Source: Chloroflexota bacterium (GTDB lineage Bacteria > Chloroflexota > Chloroflexia > Chloroflexales > Herpetosiphonaceae). From it: DNA of 64,000 nt. Numbering within the stretch: the stretch's first letter is position 1; each line of letters starts with the position of its first letter. The notes under the pieces were generated by a model. That model saw nothing but the letters and a program-made list of their open reading frames with translations, was not told where the DNA came from and did no database searches. Positions 10,786 through 19,520 of this stretch are shown one piece after another. Made by a program: the position numbers and the translations under genes. The stretch lies in contig JAIUOC010000003.1 of assembly GCA_020161265.1 (NCBI GenBank), forward strand, positions 107,024 to 171,023, in the 5' to 3' direction.

Positions 10786-12030
10786 CTAGAGGATAAAATT
10801 AATTGTCCCTAATAAAATCAATACAATCAAGATAAACACAATATTCATCACTTGGGTGGGGTTCTCAAGCTCCTCGTCATCCAGCATTGCATTCATACGA
10901 CTATTGGCAGCTTGTTGGGTCGTCATCCATTGCGAATTATTGAGTGGGCTAAATGGCTTTGGCTCTTCGCGCTCTTGGTAGAGTTGCTCATAATTAGGCA
11001 TGCTCCATTGAGCGCGATGCATTTGGTCAGCCGCGCTCCAGCGCGAAATCGAGCGGCGTGGGCGCGGTGGAGCAGCTGGAGTTGAAGCTGGAGCCGGACG
11101 TGGCTCGAAGCGCCGTGGCGTAGCATAACTCACCCCATCAGGCAACTGTGAATCAACCCGAATTGTCGGCTGCCCAGCGCTGGTAGCCGCAACCAAGGGC
11201 ACGCTCACCGTTGCTGATTGCGCTGCTTGCAATAAACTGACGACCGCACGAATACTAGCTGGGCGGGCATCAGCCCGTAACGCCAAACTATCCATCAGCA
11301 CCCGATCAAGCGCTGGCGAAACCGCGTTATTCAGGCTGCTTGGCAAGGGCAATGGGTCGGGGTTCGCATAAATTTGCGCACTAGCACGGGTCAAGGCATC
11401 AACTGGCTCGCGATTGGTTAGCAAATGATAGAGCGTTGCGCCAAAGCCGTAGACATCGCTGCGTTGATCCAGTGTGTTTGTGCCCTGAATCTGCTCCAAC
11501 GAAGCATAGGGCAGGGTATAGGCAATCACGCTTTGCTGGCCGGTTGACCATTGTTTGGCTAAACCAAAATCGAGCAAAATCAATTTGCCAGCCGGTGTGC
11601 GCATCACATTATGCGGCTTGATATCGCGGTGAATCACGGGTGGCGTTTGTTGATGCAGGTAGCTCAATGGCTCAGCCAAGGTTGCTGCCCACGCCACCAC
11701 GGTTGCAGGCTCGAAGCCGCTGCCGCGTTGGGTTAGCAATGTGCCCAGGGTTTCACCCTCGATCAAATCCATGATCAAATAGGCATCATCGTTCTCGCGG
11801 CGAATATCATAGACGCGCGGCAAGGCGGGGTGTTGCAACCGCGCTAAAATTTGGGCTTCGCGGTCGAGGCTGGCATGCAAAGCAGGATCGTGATTGCGAA
11901 AGTGTTTAATCGCGACAGGCGTGTTCAATTGGCGATCAAACGCGGCATAGACTGCGCTCATACCGCCTTGGCCGATTGCCCGCACGATGTGATACCGCCC
12001 TAACAATTCGATTCCTGCTTGAAGCAACAT
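10786..12030 (-). CDS. Ser/Thr protein kinase, tail-anchored paralog
   Basis: GQGGMSAVY, VAIK, HRDIKPHN, DFGLAK; Pro-rich linker; C-terminal TM (IVFILIVLILLGTINFIL); about 60% identical to neighbour in the kinase domain. Confidence 0.9.
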   Translation of the reverse strand: MLLQAGIELLGRYHIVRAIGQGGMSAVYAAFDRQLNTPVAIKHFRNHDPALHASLDREAQILARLQHPALPRVYDIRRENDDAYLIMDLIEGETLGTLLTQRGSGFEPATVVAWAATLAEPLSYLHQQTPPVIHRDIKPHNVMRTPAGKLILLDFGLAKQWSTGQQSVIAYTLPYASLEQIQGTNTLDQRSDVYGFGATLYHLLTNREPVDALTRASAQIYANPDPLPLPSSLNNAVSPALDRVLMDSLALRADARPASIRAVVSLLQAAQSATVSVPLVAATSAGQPTIRVDSQLPDGVSYATPRRFEPRPAPASTPAAPPRPRRSISRWSAADQMHRAQWSMPNYEQLYQEREEPKPFSPLNNSQWMTTQQAANSRMNAMLDDEELENPTQVMNIVFILIVLILLGTINFIL

Positions 12031-12032
12031 AC

Positions 12033-13139
12033 CTAACTCACAATCTCACGATAAAGTTCTTCAATCTGATCGAGCATACGCTGCGGGCTGAATGTGCTAC
12101 TCGCGCGTTGACGACCGTTGGCCCCAAATTGCGCCCGCAAGCCTGGATTTTCCAATAGCACAGTGATTGCCCGCGCCAGCGCCGCCGGATCGGCTGGTGG
12201 CACAACAAAACCAGTTTGGCCGTGGGCGTTGACAAAACTTGTGCCAGTGCCCAACTCAGTGCTGACGATTGGAATTCCAGCGGCTAATGCTTCGAGTTGC
12301 ACAATGCCAAATGCTTCTGCTCGTAAATGGGATGGTAGCACAAATACATCGGCAGCGGCATAGTAATTTGGTAAGGCTTGATCCGGGACTTCGCCAGCCC
12401 ATACAATACGTTCGCCAACACCCAAGCGTTGCGCTAAATCGCGCAAACGAGCTTCCTCAGGGCCAATGCCGACCAATACCAATTTGGCATTGGGGATTTT
12501 TGGCAAGGCTTCGAGCAAAAAGTGGAGGCCTTTGTAATGGCGGAAACGCCCAACAAACAACAGTATGGGCGCTGCAACCTGCTCACGCAACGCCTGAATC
12601 GCCGCATGATCTAGTTGATTGAAGCGCTCTGTATCGACGCTCAACGGAATTACGCGACATTTGGCGGCATGGGGAGCCAACCATGGCGAAGTTTGAATAT
12701 ACTGCGGGCTGGCTGCGATAATGCGATCGGCTGCGTTCAGGGTGCGCGTGAGCAAGGGTCGATAGAGTTGCAACAAACGGCGTTGGCGCACAATATCGCT
12801 TTGATAGGTAATCACCAATTTAGCCTTGCCCCGTCGCAGCCAATATAGCAAATCGCCAGGCGGGAAGGGATGGTGCAAATGAATAATATCGGCGGGCACA
12901 CGCCAACTTAATGGCAAACTCATCGGGCTGATCGGAGTTGAGGCCTTGCGCAACCACTGCGCTGCTTTGATGATCGCCACACCATTGCGGCGCTCAATTT
13001 CGGTTTTGGGATAGGTATTGCTGACTGCCACCGTTACTTGATGACCGCGCTCGGCCAAGCCCTCGGCGACAACCCGAATATGATTTTCCATGCCACCAAG
13101 CACTGGAAAATAATCTTTATAGACATGAAGGATGTGCAT
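12033..13139 (-). CDS. GT4-family glycosyltransferase (alternative upstream start at 13190)
   Basis: N-terminal MHILHVYKDYFPVLGGMENH and C-terminal E-x7-E region (EAFGIVQLEALAAG) typical of GT4/GT-B. Confidence 0.85.
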   Translation of the reverse strand: MHILHVYKDYFPVLGGMENHIRVVAEGLAERGHQVTVAVSNTYPKTEIERRNGVAIIKAAQWLRKASTPISPMSLPLSWRVPADIIHLHHPFPPGDLLYWLRRGKAKLVITYQSDIVRQRRLLQLYRPLLTRTLNAADRIIAASPQYIQTSPWLAPHAAKCRVIPLSVDTERFNQLDHAAIQALREQVAAPILLFVGRFRHYKGLHFLLEALPKIPNAKLVLVGIGPEEARLRDLAQRLGVGERIVWAGEVPDQALPNYYAAADVFVLPSHLRAEAFGIVQLEALAAGIPIVSTELGTGTSFVNAHGQTGFVVPPADPAALARAITVLLENPGLRAQFGANGRQRASSTFSPQRMLDQIEELYREIVS

Positions 13140-13195
13140 TGCTCGTGTGATACTCGCGCTCAAAGAATTGCTGTGAGTATTATAGAACATTGTTG

Positions 13196-13438
13196 TTGGG
13201 GATTGGGGCTCGGTTGTTGGGGATCGGGAACGTTGTAGAGCAAAAAACAGAGGTTAGAGTTCAGGGGCTAGGGGGCCGCCCATATGCTACGAAACCTTCG
13301 TGCGCTTCGTGATCTTCGTGGATCAAGCTTTAACGCAGAGGCGCAGAGGATGAATGGCTATAGGCTGAGGGTTATTCGTTCTTGATATTCCAATCAATGT
13401 CCGATAGCCCATAGCCTATAGCCTGATTACCTTAGGTG
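13196..13438. repeat. Mosaic palindromic intergenic repeat element, copy A
   Basis: Contains GGGGATTGGGG, GGGGATCGGG, CAGGGGCTAGGGGG, CTTCGTGCGCTTCGTGATCTTCGTGGATC, TAACGCAGAGGCGCAGAGG, ATAGCCCATAGCCTATAGCC words shared with copies B-H. Confidence 0.85.
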
Positions 13439-14158
13439 CTATTCAGGGATGATAAATTCTTGGCCGACGTGAATTACATCGGGGTTGGGGATGCGGTCGC
13501 GATTGGCTTGATAAATTCGCTTCCACTGCATTTCATCGCCATAAAAGCGTTGGGCAATTGCTCGCATGGTGTCGCCAGATCGCACGGTGTAGGTTCGTTG
13601 GGCTGGCAATGGTGTGCTTGCATCGGGAATCACAAATTCTTGGCCAACGCTAATCACATCGGGGTTGTTGCCGATGATCGCCCGATTGGCTTCGTAAATT
13701 CGTCGCCATTGGGCAGCATCGCCATAGAAGCGGGCTGAAATTTTGCCCAAGGTATCGCCACCTTGAACCGTGTAGCGCTGTTCAGTAGCCTTGGCTTCTT
13801 CAGCTTTGGCAGCCTCGGCTTTAGCGGCTTCTTGGGCTTTGGCAGCTTCTTGCGCTTGACGCAGCGCATCAGCCACCGCATTGTTGGTTGCAGCAGACTG
13901 AGCTTCGGCCTTTTCACGAGCTTCTTTGGCTGCTTCTTGAGCATCTTTGATCACATTTACTGCATTGGAGACTGATGATGAGGCCGCTTCTTCCTGCTTC
14001 TCTTGAATATCGTGCAAGCGCTCCATCATTTGGCCAATCACGTTACCAGGGGCTGGACTAGTGGGCTTGGCTTCGGCACTTTCGCGGCTTTGCTCAATTG
14101 CATCCTTCATTTGATCAGCCAAATTACCAAACAAACCCTTCTTTTCCTTGTCGGCCAT
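13439..14158 (-). CDS. LysM-domain protein: Ala/Glu/Lys-rich coiled-coil N-region plus two C-terminal LysM domains; no signal peptide
   Basis: Two LysM repeats (YTVQGGDTLGKISARFYGD...; YTVRSGDTMRAIAQRFYGD...); N-terminus lacks a hydrophobic signal. Confidence 0.8.
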   Translation of the reverse strand: MADKEKKGLFGNLADQMKDAIEQSRESAEAKPTSPAPGNVIGQMMERLHDIQEKQEEAASSSVSNAVNVIKDAQEAAKEAREKAEAQSAATNNAVADALRQAQEAAKAQEAAKAEAAKAEEAKATEQRYTVQGGDTLGKISARFYGDAAQWRRIYEANRAIIGNNPDVISVGQEFVIPDASTPLPAQRTYTVRSGDTMRAIAQRFYGDEMQWKRIYQANRDRIPNPDVIHVGQEFIIPE

Positions 14159-14333
14159 GGTTCAACTCCTTTAGCAAGCGGTTGTCACGCAGGCATATAT
14201 AAGCATTATAGATGCCAACGGGCACAATGCAATGGTTGATCCTTGCGTTTGCTCTTGCAGATCAGGTATGCTTAAGCAACATTCCAAAGGCTGGCCCGTA
14301 CTACCCAACAGTAGTCAGTAGGAGCAAAACGCT

Positions 14334-14993
14334 ATGTGGAAACGAATCAAAGACCTTATCCGCGCTTGGTTGCACGCCTTGTTTGATCGCGCCGAAAACC
14401 CCGTAACCATGGCCGATGAGTATATTCGCCAGCTTGAAGCGCAATATGGCGAGGCCAAACGCGCAACGGCTATGGCCATGGGTCAGGCTACGCGCATGGA
14501 GCAAAAGCGCGACGAGAACCGTAAGCAAGCCGATGATTGGGAACGCAAAGCCGTTAATGCACTTGAACGTGGCGACGAAGAATTGGCTCGTTCAGCTTTG
14601 GAACGCAAGCGCCACTTCAGCGCTGCCGCCAGCGAATATGCGACCCAATCGGAAACGCAAAATGCCCAAGTTAAAGATTTCCGCAATTCGATCAGCCGTT
14701 TAGAACAGCAAATTAATGAAGCTCGCGCCAAACGCGATTTGATCAAAGCCAAAACTAGCCGTGCTGATTCCCAAGAAGCAGCCACTCGTGCGCTGCAAAA
14801 TATGCAAGGTAGTGGCGAATTGGGCGATCGCTTGGGGGCAATGGAAGAAAGAATCGACGATCGGTTGTACAAAGCTGAAGCCATGGCCAAATTAGAAGGC
14901 GATTCGTTGGAAAATAAATTCCGCAATTTGGAGCAAGAAACCTCGCTCGAATCGGAATTAGCAGCGCTCAAAGCCAAAGTCAATCAAAGCTAA
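14334..14993 (+). CDS. pspA: PspA/IM30 (phage-shock protein A / Vipp1) family protein
   Basis: N-terminal amphipathic MWKRIKDLIRAWLHALFDRAENP followed by a long coiled coil; 219 aa, typical of the family. Confidence 0.85.
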   Translation: MWKRIKDLIRAWLHALFDRAENPVTMADEYIRQLEAQYGEAKRATAMAMGQATRMEQKRDENRKQADDWERKAVNALERGDEELARSALERKRHFSAAASEYATQSETQNAQVKDFRNSISRLEQQINEARAKRDLIKAKTSRADSQEAATRALQNMQGSGELGDRLGAMEERIDDRLYKAEAMAKLEGDSLENKFRNLEQETSLESELAALKAKVNQS

Positions 14994-15015
14994 ATCCGCT
15001 AATCTTATTTGACAT

Positions 15016-15050
15016 AAAACCCTCTGTTTATTGATTGCAGAGGGTTTTTT
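15016..15050. terminator. Bidirectional intrinsic terminator between convergent pspA and the ABC ATPase gene
   Basis: AAAACCCTCTG...CAGAGGGTTTTTT: stem flanked by A-run and T-run. Confidence 0.7.
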
Positions 15051-15052
15051 AA

Positions 15053-16654
15053 TTATTGTGATGTGCCAGCCAGCACATCAGCCACGCTCAGCCAGCCAAA
15101 TTTGGGGAATAGCTTGCCAACTTGGGTTGAAAACAGCAGTGAATCGCCCAAAACTACTTGGGGCGTGCCTTCGACCACCACCTCGCCTTCGCCCAACAGT
15201 ACTACTCGTTGAGCGCACAACGCCACAAATTCCACATCGTGGGTTACCACGATGATGCCATGGTGCTCGCTGGCTAAGCTTTGTAGAAAATTGGCTAGTT
15301 GCTGTTTGGCAGCGTAATCCAAGCCACGGGTTGGTTCATCGAGCAAGAGAATTTGCGGGCGAGCCACCACAATCGCGGCGAAGGCAGCTCGTTGAGCCTC
15401 GCCACCCGAAAGATCACGCGGATGACGCTCACGCAGATGCAGCAAATTCAAGCGTTGCAAGGTCTGTTCAATCTGCACTGGATCAGCCGCTTGACCATGG
15501 TTGGTAAGCGTCCATGCTAATTCTTGCTCCAAACTGGGGTGAAACAGAATATCACTGGGGTTTTGCGGCACAAAGCCAATCTGCTGGGCCAATTGCTCAA
15601 CTGGGCGATTGGCGATCGGTTGTTGTTGTAGTAGCACTCGCCCACGAATTGGTTGTTGTAAGCCCACCAAATGGCGCAATAAGGTGGTTTTGCCGGAGCC
15701 GTTACGCCCCATAATTGCCACAATTTCGCCAGCATGCAAACGCACATTTACGCCTTGCAACGCTGGTTGATCGGCATAACTGGCATCTAACGCTTCGGAG
15801 CGCAAGAGTTCTGGGCCAACTGTGGCAACAGTCGTTGTTTGGGCTTGAGGCGTAATTGGCTGCTGACGGGCGGCAGCACGACCTTGTTTGATCGTCAGCG
15901 GCAAGGGTTGCCAATTGAAATGGCGGGCAACTTCGACCAATGGCGGGGCAAATGGCATCTGGGCCAAAACGACTTGTGGCGCATCGGCTAAGCCAATTTT
16001 GCCCGCATGCATCCAAACAATTCGATCGACATATTGCACCACGCGCTCTAAACGATGCTCCGAGAGCACAATCGTCAAGCCCAAATCGGCGTTGAGCTTT
16101 TGCAGGGCAGTCAGTACTTCTTCAGCGGTGTGGGGGTCGAGTTGCGAGGTTGGTTCATCGAGCACCAGAATTTGCGGCTGAACAGTTAATGCAGCGGCAA
16201 TCGCCACCCGCTGACGTTCGCCGCCAGAGAGGCTGGATAAGGAACGATGGCGTAAATGGGCAATCTCAAGCTGATCGAGCGCTTCTTCAATTCGGCGGCG
16301 CATAATCGCTTGCGGCAAACCAGCGTTTTCCATGGCAAAAGCTAGTTCATCCTCGACAATCTCGACCACAAACTGGGCATCGGGGTCTTGAAACACAAAA
16401 CCGACCAATTCAGCCAAGTCTCGCGGCGAGTTGCGGCGGGTATCACGGCCACAAACTTTTAATTGGCCTTGCCATGTGCCACCATGAAAATGCGGAATTA
16501 ACCCATTGATCGCGCGAAGCAGGCTTGATTTGCCGCTGCCTGAAGCGCCACAAACCAATACAAACTCGCCTTCGGCAATCTGCAAGGTACAGCGATCGAG
16601 TGCTGGCGCACTGGCTTGGGGATAGTAATAGCAAACCTGTTGAAAATCAATCAC
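15053..16654 (-). CDS. Fused tandem ABC ATPase (two nucleotide-binding domains), ECF/CbiO-type
   Basis: Two sets of Walker A (GASGSGKS; GRNGSGKT), ABC signatures (LSGGERQRV; LSGGEAQRA) and Walker B (ILVLDEP; ILLLDEP). Confidence 0.9.
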   Translation of the reverse strand: MIDFQQVCYYYPQASAPALDRCTLQIAEGEFVLVCGASGSGKSSLLRAINGLIPHFHGGTWQGQLKVCGRDTRRNSPRDLAELVGFVFQDPDAQFVVEIVEDELAFAMENAGLPQAIMRRRIEEALDQLEIAHLRHRSLSSLSGGERQRVAIAAALTVQPQILVLDEPTSQLDPHTAEEVLTALQKLNADLGLTIVLSEHRLERVVQYVDRIVWMHAGKIGLADAPQVVLAQMPFAPPLVEVARHFNWQPLPLTIKQGRAAARQQPITPQAQTTTVATVGPELLRSEALDASYADQPALQGVNVRLHAGEIVAIMGRNGSGKTTLLRHLVGLQQPIRGRVLLQQQPIANRPVEQLAQQIGFVPQNPSDILFHPSLEQELAWTLTNHGQAADPVQIEQTLQRLNLLHLRERHPRDLSGGEAQRAAFAAIVVARPQILLLDEPTRGLDYAAKQQLANFLQSLASEHHGIIVVTHDVEFVALCAQRVVLLGEGEVVVEGTPQVVLGDSLLFSTQVGKLFPKFGWLSVADVLAGTSQ

Positions 16655-16672
16655 GCCACGCTCAATTCAGGC

Positions 16673-16924
16673 TCAATCTTTATCACGATAGCGATCAACC
16701 ACGGTCGGCGTTTCGCGGCCACTCAGCACATTGACAATATCATAATCGCGCTGCCGGTTGGCGATATCATCGTTATAGCGCTTGACCTTACGATCAAATT
16801 CATCGTGCTCCCAATTGCGCTGGGTCTCGTTATCCCAACGGCGGCGCAAGTAGATTGGCCCAATTATCAAGACCAAGCCACCAACGATCATCGTTAGGGT
16901 CAAGCCAATCACAAAACCATTCAT
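16673..16924 (-). CDS. Small single-TM protein with highly charged C-terminal tail; probably co-transcribed with the ABC ATPase
   Basis: Strong RBS AGGAGG 7 nt before the ATG; one TM helix (VIGLTLTMIVGGLVLIIGPIYL); 19-nt gap to next gene. Confidence 0.6.
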   Translation of the reverse strand: MNGFVIGLTLTMIVGGLVLIIGPIYLRRRWDNETQRNWEHDEFDRKVKRYNDDIANRQRDYDIVNVLSGRETPTVVDRYRDKD

Positions 16925-16967
16925 GAGTACGACCTCCTAGTAATCATGAATTATACCATTTTGATCG

Positions 16968-17192
16968 AGGGGTCAGGGGCTAGGGGTCAGGGGCTAGGGA
17001 TCAGGGGTCAGGTTTTGATCCACGAAGGGCACGAAGAGCACAAAGGGCTGTTTTTAGCCACGGATTAACCCAGATTTTGGATGTTGATTATATTTTGTGT
17101 GCTTTGTTCTTCGATTTCCTTAATTCTTGGCCTCTTCGTGGACTCCTCAGTTTCAAACTGGCCCCTGAATCCTAGCCCCTGACCCCTCTATT
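16968..17192. repeat. Mosaic palindromic intergenic repeat element, copy B
   Basis: Outer arms GGGGTCAGGGGCTAGGGGTCAGGGGCTAGGG ... CCTAGCCCCTGACCCC; inner pair GATCCACGAAGGGCACGAAGAG ... CTCTTCGTGGA; includes TTTTTAGCCACGGATTAACC. Confidence 0.85.
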
Positions 17193-18287
17193 TTAAAAAA
17201 CCATGCCGCTTGGTCGTACTAAGCTGCGATCGATGCTGGCTAGATTGGGGCGGCCACATAGCGCCATCGAGCGTTGTAATTCGCGCTGCATGGTCGTTAG
17301 CACATCGGCAACCCCAGCACTACCCGCCACTGCCAAGCCCCATAAGACTGGTCGCCCAAGCATAATTGCCTGTGCTCCTAAAGCCAAGGCTTTAAGCGCA
17401 TCGCTGCCACGGCGAATCCCGCCATCGATATAAATTTCGCACGGGCTTTGCGCCAATGCCGCGACAACCTCGGGCAAGGCTTCAAGCGTGGTAACCGTAC
17501 CATCAATTTGGCGGCCACCATGATTTGACACCACGATCGCTGCCGCGCCTGCCTCAGCAGCCAACAGCGCATCCTCAGCGGTCAAAATACCCTTGACGAT
17601 GATGGGCAAGCTAGTCACCGAGCGCAACCAAGCGATCGATTCCCAAGTCAAGCCAGCATCAAACATATCGGCTTTGGGGTCGGGCAAGGCATTCGGGCCA
17701 GCACGGCGATAATTTTGGGCGGCAGGCACATCGCGAAAATTGGCCATACTCAGATGGGCGGGTACACCAAAACCACTGCGCAACTCACGTTCACGCCGCC
17801 CAAGCCACGGACGATCAATCGTTAACATCAAGGCTTGATAGCCAGCAACTTCGGCGCGAGCAATCAAACGCTCCGACACACTGCGATCACGATAGACATA
17901 CAATTGAAACCAGAGCGGGCATTCGGCGGCAGCCGCAACTTCTTCCAACGAGCGGGTGGCGAGGGTGCTTACGGTGAAAATTGAGCCAGCTTGAGCCACG
18001 CCTCGCGCAGTTTCACATTCGCCCTCAGCATGGGCCAAGCCATGGTAGGCCGATGGTGCAACCAAAATTGGCGAATTAAGCGGCTTGCCCAGCAAAGTTG
18101 TGGCGGTTGAGACTTCACGCACATCAACCAAAAATCGTGGTCGCAAACGTACCTGCTCAAATGAAAGCAGATTCGCCCGCAAAGTCACTTCATCCTCGCA
18201 GCCACCTGCATAATAATCGCAGGTTGGGCCATCCAACAGCGTCATTGCCTGTTGCTCATACTCGTGGAGATTAATCGGCTTGCTCAT
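17193..18287 (-). CDS. FMN-dependent alpha-hydroxy-acid dehydrogenase/oxidase (L-lactate dehydrogenase / glycolate oxidase family)
   Basis: TIM-barrel FMN motifs incl. SNHGGRQ(I)DG and GGIRRG; 364 aa. Confidence 0.85.
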   Translation of the reverse strand: MSKPINLHEYEQQAMTLLDGPTCDYYAGGCEDEVTLRANLLSFEQVRLRPRFLVDVREVSTATTLLGKPLNSPILVAPSAYHGLAHAEGECETARGVAQAGSIFTVSTLATRSLEEVAAAAECPLWFQLYVYRDRSVSERLIARAEVAGYQALMLTIDRPWLGRRERELRSGFGVPAHLSMANFRDVPAAQNYRRAGPNALPDPKADMFDAGLTWESIAWLRSVTSLPIIVKGILTAEDALLAAEAGAAAIVVSNHGGRQIDGTVTTLEALPEVVAALAQSPCEIYIDGGIRRGSDALKALALGAQAIMLGRPVLWGLAVAGSAGVADVLTTMQRELQRSMALCGRPNLASIDRSLVRPSGMVF

Positions 18288-18377
18288 TGCAGCGATCCTT
18301 TCGCAGCCTGAAATAATCCGGTGGCTCTAGTGTAGCAGATGCTCAAGCCAAATTCAGTAGTACAAATGAGCAAACGC

Positions 18378-19454
18378 TTAACGCTTGGATTGAATCACAA
18401 ATCCAATTGGAATTGAAAAGATGATTAAAACTAGCAGTGCAACGATAAAGTTCTCAAATCGAACAACCCCAATATCTTGATTAAGCGTTGGTTTACGGCT
18501 TGCGATAATTGAGATCGAATGATTTTCAATGTCATCACCGTGCTTAATCACATAATTATCAGTATAGGAAAATTGATAATCATCATCACAATCAGGGTAT
18601 CTAGGCATCGAATCGATGTGTGGTAGATGTTTGTGGTAATATTGATGAATCCCAGCTTCAAATGTATAACTATCTCTCTCACTATACATCGGATATAATG
18701 TATTATCGATATCTTGAGCGATGATTGAATTTGGTAGCATAATCGTGCCATTCATCATTGATTGTTGATTATTTCTTCCATTGAAAGAATAGCAATACAT
18801 TGGATTATTATTGAAGTATTTATAATAATTGGTATTAAAGATTACTGCTACCATAATAATATTTATAACTACAGCTATCTTCATCGCTCGATGTTGATAT
18901 AATTCTAGAGCAAAAAAACCAATATAAATCTTTTTGTACAGTATTAAAAGGGCGATTGTTGCTAATACAATCACTAGCGGGCCAAATTTAATATCGGTGC
19001 CTGCTCCGCTTGTATCGAGACTGTAATACCCAAATGCATTAATGTCTGCTTGATAAACTAATTCTAATGGCTGACTATCGGTTTGATCGCCTGAAACAAC
19101 CTCAAGGGTAAAGGTATAACGCAATGGCTCATCAGGCAGTTGACATTGAAGAGAATTCAGTAAGCGAATATTAAAAAAACTTTCTAGTTGATCCAAATGA
19201 AAATAATTATGTTGTTGGCTAAGATCAACGACAAATATCTTGGAAGGATCACTTGTTAAGATAAAACGTAATTGAACTGGTTGAATTGAGGCTGGTTCAA
19301 TCGCTAAAATCTGATCGATCATTACCAAGTGTTGGCCAGTAGTCAATTGGGTCGTTGGGGTACTTATAATTGGGAAAAAACATGGGATTGGCTCTGGTGC
19401 GTCGCAACCAACCAACAGCAGCAACATTCCAATCAATAATAAACGCCGTAGCAT
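18378..19454 (-). CDS. Hypothetical lipoprotein/membrane protein encoded by a strongly AT-rich gene (compositional outlier)
   Basis: Lipobox LLVGC at N-terminus; Asn/Tyr/Ile-rich; internal and C-terminal hydrophobic helices; local GC visibly far below neighbours. Confidence 0.6.
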   Translation of the reverse strand: MLRRLLLIGMLLLLVGCDAPEPIPCFFPIISTPTTQLTTGQHLVMIDQILAIEPASIQPVQLRFILTSDPSKIFVVDLSQQHNYFHLDQLESFFNIRLLNSLQCQLPDEPLRYTFTLEVVSGDQTDSQPLELVYQADINAFGYYSLDTSGAGTDIKFGPLVIVLATIALLILYKKIYIGFFALELYQHRAMKIAVVINIIMVAVIFNTNYYKYFNNNPMYCYSFNGRNNQQSMMNGTIMLPNSIIAQDIDNTLYPMYSERDSYTFEAGIHQYYHKHLPHIDSMPRYPDCDDDYQFSYTDNYVIKHGDDIENHSISIIASRKPTLNQDIGVVRFENFIVALLVLIIFSIPIGFVIQSKR

Positions 19455-19520
19455 AGCCTCGCTCCTTCTAAAATTGTCGTTAGAAGGAGCATAGCAAGCC
19501 TAAATGGATATTAAATGGCG

